Shown piece by piece: positions 10,745-19,649 of a stretch of DNA of 64,000 nt. A model generated the notes under the pieces. The model did not search any database, was not told the DNA's origin, and saw only the letters and a program-made list of their open reading frames with translations. The translations under genes were made by a program, and so were the position numbers. The stretch is taken from NCBI GenBank assembly GCA_905216175.1, contig CAJMSV010000002.1:5725-69724 (forward strand), in the 5' to 3' direction. The DNA is from an uncultured bacterium. Its GTDB lineage: Bacteria; Actinomycetota; Coriobacteriia; Coriobacteriales; Coriobacteriaceae. The number at the start of each line of letters is the position of its first letter. Positions within the stretch are counted from its first letter, which is position 1.

Positions 10745-12523
10745 ATGGACGCCATCGTAAAGATGCTCGAAAAGCATCAACCGTTCTTCGAGAAGATCTC
10801 GAGAAACATCTACCTCCAGGCCATCAAAGACGGATTCCTTGGGTGCATGCCCATCGTCCTTACCTCTTCGATCTTTCTGCTGATCGCCACGCTTCCCGGC
10901 GTAGTCGGCATCACGCTGCCCCAGCCGCTCATCGACTGGTGCAACAAGCTGTACAACTTCACCATGGGCGTCATGGGCATCATGGTTGCCGGCACCACCG
11001 CCAAGAACTTTACGGCTTCCATGAACCGTCGCATGCCCGCCGGCAAGGTGCTCAACGACGGCTCCACCATGGTGGCCGCCCAGTGCAGCATGCTGCTGCT
11101 CGCTGTTACGCAGTTCACCACCAAGTTCAACGGCTCCGAGCTTTCGGTCTTCGATTGCACCAGCATGGGTACGCGCGGTCTGTTCTCGGCCTATATCGCC
11201 GCGTTCATTACCGTGTGGGTCTATAAATTCTGCGTCTCGCGCGATCTGACCATTAAGCTGCCCAAGGAGGTCCCGGGCGCCATCGCTCAGAACTTCCGCG
11301 ACATCATCCCCTTCGGTGGCGCTGTCATCATCTGCGGCATCATCGATGTCGTCGTGCGCAACCTCATGGGCGTTCCGTTCTCCGAGCTGCTTATCAAACT
11401 GCTCTCCCCGCTCTTTACCGCTGCAGAAACCTATCCTGGCCTTATCCTTATCCAGGCAGCCACCGCGTTCTTCTGGTTCATCGGCGTCCACGGCCCCTCG
11501 ATCGTCCAGCCGGGCATCGACCCCATCCGTCTTGCCAACCAGGCCGAGAACCTGCAGGTTCTGCTGGCCGGTGGTCACCCCGCCCATTCCCTCACCTTTA
11601 ACATGTCGCTCGTGGGTGAGTTCGGCGGCACCGGCGCCACCTTCATCGTGCCGCTTCTGCTGATTCTCTTTATGAAGTCCAAGCAGCTCAAAGCCGTCGG
11701 CAAGGCCTCGATTGTTCCTGTTGCCTTCGCCGTCAACGAACCGCTGCTCTTTGGCGCGCCGATGATCCTTAACCCCTACATGCTCATCCCCTTTGTTGCC
11801 GCCGGCTGCGTCAACGTGAGTGTTGCCAAGTTCTTTATCGATAACGTGGGCATGAACGGCTTCTCCTTCGTGGTGCCTTGGGCTACCCCTGCCCCCATCG
11901 GCATCTTCATCACCTCGAACTTCCTGCTTATCGCCCTGGTATTTGTCGCGATCATCATCTTGCTGGACGCCATCATCTACCTGCCGTTCTTGAAGGCATA
12001 CGATAAGCTGCTCTGCGACCAGGAGGCCGAGCGCGCCGCCGAGCTGGGTCTTGAGTCCGATGGTGCCGCTTCCATCGCCGCCAACGCCCCTGCGCCCGCT
12101 GTCGAGCAGGCTACCGCTTCCGTCGAGCCGACCGCCGCTGCCGCCGACAGCAAGCCTGTCGCCGATCAGTCCGAGCCCGCCGCCGACGCATCCGCTAAGA
12201 AGGATGTCGACGGCCTGAAGGTCCTCGTCCTGTGCGCCGGCGCCGGCACCTCTGCCATGCTCGCCAACGCCATCAAGGAAGGTGCCGCACAGACCGGAGA
12301 GAACATCGCTTCCTCCGCAGGCGCCTATGGCCAGCACACTGCCATCATGGATCAGTACGACGTCATCGTGCTTGCCCCGCAGGTCCGTAGCTACTACAAC
12401 GACATGAAGGCCGACACCGATCGCCTGGGCATTAAGCTGCTCGCCCCGCGCGGCAAGGAATATATCGACCTTACCCGCGACCCCGCTGGCGCCATCAAGT
12501 GGCTCCGCGAGAACCTCGACTAG
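10745..12523 (+). CDS. lacE: PTS lactose-family EIICB, paralogue 3
   Basis: FWFIGVHG, VNEPLLF and LCAGAGTS motifs; AAAGGAG RBS. Confidence 0.88.
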   Translation: MDAIVKMLEKHQPFFEKISRNIYLQAIKDGFLGCMPIVLTSSIFLLIATLPGVVGITLPQPLIDWCNKLYNFTMGVMGIMVAGTTAKNFTASMNRRMPAGKVLNDGSTMVAAQCSMLLLAVTQFTTKFNGSELSVFDCTSMGTRGLFSAYIAAFITVWVYKFCVSRDLTIKLPKEVPGAIAQNFRDIIPFGGAVIICGIIDVVVRNLMGVPFSELLIKLLSPLFTAAETYPGLILIQAATAFFWFIGVHGPSIVQPGIDPIRLANQAENLQVLLAGGHPAHSLTFNMSLVGEFGGTGATFIVPLLLILFMKSKQLKAVGKASIVPVAFAVNEPLLFGAPMILNPYMLIPFVAAGCVNVSVAKFFIDNVGMNGFSFVVPWATPAPIGIFITSNFLLIALVFVAIIILLDAIIYLPFLKAYDKLLCDQEAERAAELGLESDGAASIAANAPAPAVEQATASVEPTAAAADSKPVADQSEPAADASAKKDVDGLKVLVLCAGAGTSAMLANAIKEGAAQTGENIASSAGAYGQHTAIMDQYDVIVLAPQVRSYYNDMKADTDRLGIKLLAPRGKEYIDLTRDPAGAIKWLRENLD

Positions 12524-12598
12524 CTCCTCCCTCTGTTGGTGCCCGGATCCCCAGTTCGGGCACCTCCCCCTATTCGTATCCCACAGACAGGATGACTC

Positions 12599-14020
12599 AT
12601 GACCAACCCCATGCAGTTCCCCGACGGCTTTGTGTTTGGCGGCGCCACCGCCGCTTACCAGGTTGAGGGCGAGCCCCGCACGCACGGCAAGGGCAAAGTG
12701 CCCTGGGACGATTTCCTGGCAGCTCAGGGTCGCTTCTCCCCCGATCCCGCAAGCGATTTCTACAACAAGTACCCGGTCGATATCGACCTGTGCCAGCGCT
12801 TCGGCATCAACGGCATCCGTGTCTCCATCGCTTGGAGCCGCATCTTCCCCAACGGCACTGGTGAGATTAACCCCGAGGGCATTGCCTTCTATCACGAGCT
12901 TTTTGCCACCTGCAACAAAGCTGGCGTTATCCCCTATGTCACGCTCGATCACTTCGATACGCCCGAGGCCGTTTACCAGAACGGCGGCGAGGGCTTCCTG
13001 ACGCGCACGACAATCGACGCCTTTGTCGAGTACGCCAAGTTCTGCTTTGCCGAGTTCACCGAGGTCAAGCACTGGTTTACCTTTAACGAGATTCCCGCGA
13101 CCGCCGAGGGCAGCTTTATCGTCGGCAACTGGCCGCACGGCGAGAAGTATCGCCTGGACAAGGCTTTCCAGCTCATGCACAACATGATGGTGGCCCACGC
13201 CAAGGCTGTCGTCGCCTTCCATGAGGGCGGCTTTGAGGGCGAGATCGGCATTGTCCAGAACCTGGAGCCCAAGTATCCCCTCGACCCCAACAACGCCGCC
13301 GACTGCGAGGCAGCTCGCATGGCCGACGTCATCAACAACCGCTGGGTACTCGACGCCACCTTCCGCGGCCACTATGCAGCCGACACCATGGAGGCTGCGA
13401 CCAAGCTGGCCCATATCGCCGGCGGCGAGCTCGACGTCCGCGACGAGGACATCGCCGCGCTGACCGCCGCGCTCCCCTACAACGATTGCCTGGGCGTCAA
13501 CACCTACAAGTGCCAATTCCTGCGTGCCGCAGAGGGCGAAAACGACATCAACCACAATGGCACCGGCGACAAGGGATCCTCGCGCTGGTTCCTCAAGGGC
13601 GTTGGCGAGTCATGCGTGCGCGAAGGCGTACCCACCACCGATTGGGACTGGATCATCTATCCCGAGGGCCTGTACGATCTGCTGCTCCGCATTAAGAACG
13701 ATTACCCCAACTACAAAAAGATCTACATCACCGAGAACGGCATGGGCTATAAGGACGACTTCGAGGCCGGCTTTATCGACGACGCCCCTCGTATCGACTA
13801 CATGCGTCAGCATCTCGCGTGGATCCTCAAGGCGATTGACGGCGGCGTGAACGTCGACGGCTACTTTGTGTGGTCGCTGCAGGACCAGTTCTCCTGGACC
13901 AACGGCTATAACAAGCGCTACGGCCTGTTCTACATCGACTTTGAGACCCAGAAGCGCTATCCCAAGGCGAGCGCGTACTGGTACAAGAACGTCGCGGAGA
14001 CCGGCCTGCTCATGGCCTAG
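12599..14020 (+). CDS. lacG: 6-phospho-beta-galactosidase (GH1), paralogue 3
   Basis: TFNEIP, ITENG and QFSWTNGYNKRYG motifs; closely similar to 2736-4175. Confidence 0.88.
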   Translation: MTNPMQFPDGFVFGGATAAYQVEGEPRTHGKGKVPWDDFLAAQGRFSPDPASDFYNKYPVDIDLCQRFGINGIRVSIAWSRIFPNGTGEINPEGIAFYHELFATCNKAGVIPYVTLDHFDTPEAVYQNGGEGFLTRTTIDAFVEYAKFCFAEFTEVKHWFTFNEIPATAEGSFIVGNWPHGEKYRLDKAFQLMHNMMVAHAKAVVAFHEGGFEGEIGIVQNLEPKYPLDPNNAADCEAARMADVINNRWVLDATFRGHYAADTMEAATKLAHIAGGELDVRDEDIAALTAALPYNDCLGVNTYKCQFLRAAEGENDINHNGTGDKGSSRWFLKGVGESCVREGVPTTDWDWIIYPEGLYDLLLRIKNDYPNYKKIYITENGMGYKDDFEAGFIDDAPRIDYMRQHLAWILKAIDGGVNVDGYFVWSLQDQFSWTNGYNKRYGLFYIDFETQKRYPKASAYWYKNVAETGLLMA

Positions 14021-14042
14021 TTTCCGCCGCATACCCCCTGTC

Positions 14043-14091
14043 GGCCGCATGCGAATCCCTCCACGGGTTCGCATGCGGCCTTTTTGTTTTT
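14043..14091 (+). terminator. Intrinsic terminator after lacG3
   Basis: GGCCGCATGCGAA...TTCGCATGCGGCC stem plus T-tract. Confidence 0.85.
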
Positions 14092-14110
14092 GGTGAGCCC
14101 GAGCGAATCA

Positions 14111-14331
14111 TTCGTCTCGATCTGTAACATCTAGCAGGGATTTTCGGTCCTACCTGTTACAGATCAAGACAAACGAGCGGTCCGAACTTGAAGATCTCGA
14201 TCTGTAACACGTAGCCCGGTTTTTCACGTCTACCTGTTACAGATCGAGACAAACGGGTAGCCCGAAGCAGAATATCTCGATCTGTAACATCTAACTCGGT
14301 TTTCTACTCCCAACTGTTACAGATTGAGATA
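14111..14331. repeat. Palindromic repeat array 3 (3 units)
   Basis: Units at about 14111-14174, 14194-14254 and 14273-14331, 80-bp period. Confidence 0.9.
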
Positions 14332-14396
14332 ATTCGACGACGCCGACGTTTTAATATACCGTGGTACAATTATGTCACGACGCAAAGGAGGTTCCC

Positions 14397-14663
14397 ATGT
14401 CCGCTTGTGTGCCCGTCCGAGATATGAAGGATACTGCCACATTCACCGCACTTGTTGAGTCTGAGCGCGACGTTACCGTTACCAAGAACGGCTACGAGGC
14501 CATGCACTGCATCAGCAGCGACCAGTATCGCCTCATGCAAGAAGAAATCGCCAAGGCAAAACTGCTGTCTCGTATGATGTTGGCAGAAGACGAAATATCG
14601 CAAGGCGACTATAGCGACTACGACTCCTTCGCGACCGCGATACGAGACAAATATGACCTATAA
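14397..14663 (+). CDS. Phd/YefM-family antitoxin
   Basis: 88 aa with VTVTKNG motif; AAAGGAGG RBS; extended -10 TGGTACAAT at 14362-14370; overlaps the toxin start. Confidence 0.8.
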   Translation: MSACVPVRDMKDTATFTALVESERDVTVTKNGYEAMHCISSDQYRLMQEEIAKAKLLSRMMLAEDEISQGDYSDYDSFATAIRDKYDL

Positions 14664-14958
14664 CGTCGTCATACTCAAAAGCGCGCGATATGAGTACGAG
14701 AGTATCGTCGGATACCTTGCCCAGATTCTCAAGAATCCGCGCGCAGCAGGCAATTTTGTCGCTGAGTTTGAATATCAGCTTGATCTGCTTCGCGAGCAGC
14801 CACTCCTACGTCCCCTCTCGCACATGCAAGAGTTGGCGGCACGTAATTACCGATCGTTTCCCGTCAACAACTACGTGTGTCTTTACAAGTTTGAGCACGA
14901 AACGATCTATATCGCCCACGTCTTTCATCAGTCACAGGACTACGCCCGCCTGGTCTAA
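14653..14958 (+). CDS. RelE/ParE-family toxin
   Basis: 101 aa with YRSFPVNNYVCLY...IYIAHVFHQSQDY, a typical RelE/ParE C-terminus; coupled to the antitoxin. Confidence 0.8.
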   Translation: MTYNVVILKSARYEYESIVGYLAQILKNPRAAGNFVAEFEYQLDLLREQPLLRPLSHMQELAARNYRSFPVNNYVCLYKFEHETIYIAHVFHQSQDYARLV

Positions 14959-15055
14959 CCCACAAGCTGAATACTTGGCCCGAGCACATTTGCGCGTCAA
15001 CGTGAAGCGGTAATCCCCGAGCCAGCAGGGGCAGAAGTATCGCCTGCAGTGTTAG

Positions 15056-15452
15056 CTAGCAAATGACCTGCGTGTGCTCCTCGATGGCGGAGCGATCCGC
15101 GGCGGCGATGCCCGGTTCGCACACCACGGCGTCCAAGCTGTCCAGGCGGCAGAAGGTGTAGAAGTCGCGCTTGCCAATCTTGCTGGAATCGGCGATCAGA
15201 TAGCGCGAGTCGGCCTTGCTAAAGGCGAGCTGCTGGATACGACCCTCATCCATATTGGACGTAGACACGTCGCCATCCAGAATGCCGTTGGCGCCGATAA
15301 ACGCTGCATCGATGCCCAGCGCACGCAGGGTATCCTCGGCCGTTGGTCCCACAAAAGCGGCGGTGCGGCGACGGTACATACCGCCCACGAGGCACAGGTC
15401 GCAGTCTTCGCGTGCCTCGAGCAGGCTAAAGGCCGAAAGCGAATTGGTCACA
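15056..15452 (-). pseudogene. 3' half of a DeoR/LacR regulator (remnant duplicate of 19650-20046)
   Basis: Near-identical protein to the C-terminal ~131 aa of the gene at 19650; similarity stops abruptly at GAATTGGTCACA; no HTH or RBS. Confidence 0.88.
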
Positions 15453-15613
15453 TAGATGGAAGGCAGCTTGTCGGTGACTCGGAGAGCGCCAATGCGATCT
15501 CACGACGGCTGCGCTCATTGTCTCAATTAGCTACTCAACGAAATACGGCCCCGCAGCTCAATAAGCTGCGGGGCCGTACCATACACCGACGGATCAACGA
15601 CGAAGTGCATCTA

Positions 15614-17308
15614 CTATTTGGCCAGCTCCTGAACGATCCAGTCAATTGCACCTTCGGGATCGTTGGTAAGGTCAATATACTGCTTGCCCCTTGTGGTGAG
15701 CAGTTTAATTCCAAGGCGATCGGTATCGGCCTTCATAGCGTCATAGTACATGCGTGCCTGGGGCGCCAGAACAATCACGTTGTACTGATTCATCGTCTCA
15801 TAGTGGCTTCCGTACGCACCGGACTGAGAAACCAGATCGATACCCTTAGCAGCGGCACCTTCGCGAAGAGCATTTGCCAAGAGAGTCGAGGTGCCGGCAC
15901 CCTGGCAAAGCACAAGCACGCGGATCTGCTCCGCCTTGTCCTTTACCGCCTCGAGAGCTTTTGCGACATTTTCCTGTGCGGCAATAGCATCTGCATCCGA
16001 GGTTCCTGCAGTCTCCTTTGCAGACTCTTCCAAACAAAGCTGATGGTCATACGCCTTGCAGAACGGATAGTAAATCACAAAGTCAACGACCAACAGCACT
16101 GCCATCAATACGAGAGAACGCAGATCGAGACCCGTGGTGAGGAACGCACCAATTGGGCCGGGAAGCGCCCACGGCATGGTATACATGGGGGCGTTCATTC
16201 CAATTACGTCAATGAAAAACTTACCGATTATGGCGTTGACCATAGGAGCCGCTAGGAAGGGCACGAACATATAGGGATTGAGAACGATCGGCATACCGAA
16301 GAGAACGGGCTCGTTAACTCCAAAAATCACCGGGATAATCGATGCCTTGCCCATGGCTTTAAGCTGCTTGGAGCGCATAAACATGATCAGGATAATAGGA
16401 ACGATGAACGTGCAGCCAGAACCGCCCAGACCGCCGATGAAGCTTGTAAAGTCCTGCGTGAGAGCAATTGACGGGTGTCCACCTGCTTGGAAAACCTCAA
16501 GATTGGTAACGGTATTGCCGTAGAGCGCAGCATTGATCGGACTCATGACAACCGAAGCACCGTGGATACCCATAAATTGGAAAAGCGCGACCGCGCCTTC
16601 GATAAGCGCCATGCCAGGATAGGTGTCGACCGCGGAGAACAGCGGCGAGATGAGAGCGGATACCAAATTGGCGAACGGCACAGCAAGCAGCTTGCGGCTC
16701 GCAAGATCGATAAAAGCGCACGCAAGGATCGAAAACCCAAATGCAAAGATATCGCGAAAACTCTGCGCAATAGAGCCAGGGACCTCTTTGGGAAGCTTGA
16801 TCGTCACATTATGGCTAATGCACACCTTATAGATATTAACGGTCAAGAATGCGGCTACGAACGCAGCGAGAAAACCCTTGGTTCCCATATAGCCGGTTTC
16901 AAAAACAGATGTATCTGCTCCGCCAATCGAGACAACATCGTTTGTCACCGATAGCAAGAGCATGCCGCACATGGCACAAACCATGCACGAGGTGGGGTTG
17001 AGAGATTTACCCGAAGGCATGCGACGGTTCATCGACATGGCAAGTGAGCTCGCCGTGGTGCCGGCCACCATAATGCCAAGAAGTCCCATGGTATATGCAT
17101 AGATTTTATTGAAGAAATCCAGCACCTCAGACGGAAGCGCGATGCCTACATAGGCAGGGAGCGTCGAAAGAAGAAGGAACAGGCTCGAGAACAGCACAAT
17201 TGGCATATTCGAGAGAAAGCCATCCTTAATCGCCACCAGATAAATGTTCCTCGAGATTTTGTCGAAGAGGGGCTGGTGTTTTTCAAGGAATTTGACGATA
17301 GCGTCCAT
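15614..17308 (-). CDS. lacE: PTS lactose-family EIICB, paralogue 4 (lower GC)
   Basis: FQFMGIHG, VNEPVLF and LCQGAGTS motifs; start MDAIVK after AAAGGA. Confidence 0.85.
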   Translation of the reverse strand: MDAIVKFLEKHQPLFDKISRNIYLVAIKDGFLSNMPIVLFSSLFLLLSTLPAYVGIALPSEVLDFFNKIYAYTMGLLGIMVAGTTASSLAMSMNRRMPSGKSLNPTSCMVCAMCGMLLLSVTNDVVSIGGADTSVFETGYMGTKGFLAAFVAAFLTVNIYKVCISHNVTIKLPKEVPGSIAQSFRDIFAFGFSILACAFIDLASRKLLAVPFANLVSALISPLFSAVDTYPGMALIEGAVALFQFMGIHGASVVMSPINAALYGNTVTNLEVFQAGGHPSIALTQDFTSFIGGLGGSGCTFIVPIILIMFMRSKQLKAMGKASIIPVIFGVNEPVLFGMPIVLNPYMFVPFLAAPMVNAIIGKFFIDVIGMNAPMYTMPWALPGPIGAFLTTGLDLRSLVLMAVLLVVDFVIYYPFCKAYDHQLCLEESAKETAGTSDADAIAAQENVAKALEAVKDKAEQIRVLVLCQGAGTSTLLANALREGAAAKGIDLVSQSGAYGSHYETMNQYNVIVLAPQARMYYDAMKADTDRLGIKLLTTRGKQYIDLTNDPEGAIDWIVQELAK

Positions 17309-17664
17309 AACACATCCTTTCATGATTCCCGGGCACACAACGATTTATCCGGACTCAACCGTCGTCGTCCCCGTTTGTATCCACTTATGTAAGTGAATAC
17401 GTTCTTGTGCGAAATGTAATATCATTTGCGCGATTTGTCATAACCAATTCTTTTTCCGCTTTGTCGATATGTCAAGAATTCAAATACTTATTCGGTGAAC
17501 GGTAGTTGATTAATTTAAGGTTTTCCCAGCTAATGGCTATTTTTTCCGAGCAGTACAATAAGTTTGCAACCGTTCACCGATTGGATATAACATATTGAAT
17601 ATATTGTTGTAACAATATTAGAGACAATGTCACAAGCCTGTCGTTCTAGTCAAAGGAAGTAACA

Positions 17665-18585
17665 ATGCCCAAACGATTACTGAACATGTCCGCATCCGAT
17701 TTTGCCGCCACGTCACCCATGGATCTAAAACAGGCAATTCTGGCTTCCGAGGGACGTACCATCATGGCGGAAAACGTACCCTCTTCCCAATTTCTCGGCG
17801 GCGTTACTAATGCAGAAATCGAACGTGCCGCAGGTGCCGACCTGCTTCTGTTTAACGCGCTCGATGTGTTCGATCCAGTTATTGCCGGTATTCCAGATGA
17901 TCTCAATGAAAACCCGGTCACTTGGGTGAAGCGAGCATGCGGAAGGCCCATTGGCGTCAATCTGGAGCCAGTTGATAACGAGGCAGAGATGTCTGAATCC
18001 CGAACGGAAATCCCCATGGGTCGTCGCGTCTCTCCCAAGACCTTAGAAAAGGCTAACGAACTCGGATTTGATTTTATCTGCCTGACGGGCAACCCTGGAA
18101 CCGGCGTCTCCAACGATGCAATCGCCCATTCGATTAAACTCTCCAAAGAGCATTTCAATGGCCTGGTCATAGCCGGAAAAATGCATGGAGCGGGCGTTGC
18201 GGAACCTGTCATGACACTCGAAATAGCGCGCAAGTTTGTTGATCTCGGCGTCGATATCCTTCTCGTGCCAGCCCCCTACACTGTCCCTTGCTTCCAAGAA
18301 GCAGACCTGCGCGCCATCGTAGACTTTGTACGATCACACAACGTAGGCAAGTCAATTGAAGATAAGGTTCTCGTCATGGCGGCGAACGGGACCAGTCAAG
18401 ACTCCTGCGACAGCGAGACCATTAAGAAAATAGGCCTTGCAGCAAAAGCCGCTGGCGCTGACCTCCAACATATCGGGGACTCCATGAACGGTATTTGTCT
18501 GCCCCAGAATATCTTCACGCTTGGACAAGCCCTTCGTGGATACAGGCATCAGATCGTCATGCTGAGCCGCTCTGTGATACGTTAA
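17665..18585 (+). CDS. Uncharacterised protein, probably TIM-barrel (DUF7916 / 'PEP phosphonomutase-like' type)
   Basis: 306 aa with KRLL...SEGRTI, GRPIGVNLEP, LTGNPGTGV, AGKMHGAG and QHIGD motifs recalled from a PTS-associated family; family name from memory. Confidence 0.6.
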   Translation: MPKRLLNMSASDFAATSPMDLKQAILASEGRTIMAENVPSSQFLGGVTNAEIERAAGADLLLFNALDVFDPVIAGIPDDLNENPVTWVKRACGRPIGVNLEPVDNEAEMSESRTEIPMGRRVSPKTLEKANELGFDFICLTGNPGTGVSNDAIAHSIKLSKEHFNGLVIAGKMHGAGVAEPVMTLEIARKFVDLGVDILLVPAPYTVPCFQEADLRAIVDFVRSHNVGKSIEDKVLVMAANGTSQDSCDSETIKKIGLAAKAAGADLQHIGDSMNGICLPQNIFTLGQALRGYRHQIVMLSRSVIR

Positions 18586-18639
18586 GGTTACCTTGCCCAC
18601 GTTACATCCCGACTGAGGCAACCATCAGGTATAACCAAC

Positions 18640-19377
18640 ATGCAAACTGAGGCTCTAATGCTCGATACACACGAAAAACGGCCACTCTATTTACAGCTCA
18701 CCGACGCGCTGCTCAAGCAGATCGTCGATGAATATCAAGCAGACGATAAACTTCCAACAGAAATGGAACTCTGCGACGAATACGCCGTAAGCAGAACAAC
18801 CGTCCGACTTGCCATGAGTGAGCTGGAGCGTCGTGGAAGTATCTATCGAATCCAAGGTAAGGGATCGTTTGTTGCACCGAAACGCGTTAGCGAGCTCAAT
18901 TCACTTTTAGACTTTGACTTTGCAAGCCATTGCGATGGCGTTGATCCGGATGCCATCACCAAACATTTCGGCGGCCTCACATCAGGTCGTCCAATTTCCG
19001 TAATGATGCTCCAACAATTTGGATGTCAAAGTCGCGATGAAATTCAGCGTCTTGAATTGACCTACGAACTTGAAGGCAGCTTCATAGGCGCTGATACGTT
19101 TTTCATTTCAAAGTCGCGCGTTCCGAATAACCAGTTAGATTTTCAGGCATTTAGCAGAATCATGGACGACTTGTCCAAGTCTATCCAATCTGTTAGGGAA
19201 AGCTATAGAGCACGTCAGCTTAGCGATTCCGAAGCCAGTAATTATGGTGTTGCAAAACTTCCGGTCATCGAACTGACTCATTATGCTTACGACTCCGGAG
19301 GCAAACTAATCTCAATTGTCTGCCGCACCGTCTTAACTGGGCGGGTCCCTTATCAAAACTTTATTTTCAAGTCCTAA
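18640..19377 (+). CDS. GntR (HutC/UTRA) transcriptional regulator
   Basis: PLYLQL...[22 protein letters not shown]...QGKGSFV winged helix; divergent UTRA domain. Confidence 0.85.
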   Translation: MQTEALMLDTHEKRPLYLQLTDALLKQIVDEYQADDKLPTEMELCDEYAVSRTTVRLAMSELERRGSIYRIQGKGSFVAPKRVSELNSLLDFDFASHCDGVDPDAITKHFGGLTSGRPISVMMLQQFGCQSRDEIQRLELTYELEGSFIGADTFFISKSRVPNNQLDFQAFSRIMDDLSKSIQSVRESYRARQLSDSEASNYGVAKLPVIELTHYAYDSGGKLISIVCRTVLTGRVPYQNFIFKS

Positions 19378-19389
19378 TGTTCTTTTTCT

Positions 19390-19533
19390 TTTGTCTCGAT
19401 CTGTAACACGTAGCCGAGTTTTTAAGTCCTAACCGTTACAGATCGAGACAAACAAGGTAGACCCCACCGAATTGTCTCAATCTGTAACACTAAGACCGGT
19501 TTTGGACGTCTAGATGTCACAGGTTGAGACGAT
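19390..19533. repeat. Palindromic repeat array 4 (2 units)
   Basis: Units at 19390-19452 and about 19472-19533. Confidence 0.9.
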
Positions 19534-19649
19534 TTGATAGTGGAGTCCTCATTTGCGCGTCATATCGCGTAGCGCTGACGCGCTGGTTTCCACAATGACA
19601 GGAGGTAAAAGTCCTCCCGCATCGCCCGTTGGCAATCCCGTAGCGCTAG

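Noticed and set aside
10655..13555. 966-aa minus-strand ORF and other long antisense ORFs (825-2480, 35931-38192, 51307-53340, 58835-60232)
   Set aside because: They mirror well-supported genes on the opposite strand, an expected shadow of high-GC codon bias, and show no recognisable motifs.
4287..19533. Palindrome arrays as CRISPR arrays or integron attC sites
   Set aside because: Only 2-3 units per array, the loops are conserved rather than unique spacers, and there are no cas genes. The arms do not fit the RYYYAAC/GTTRRRY terminal boxes and no integrase is present.
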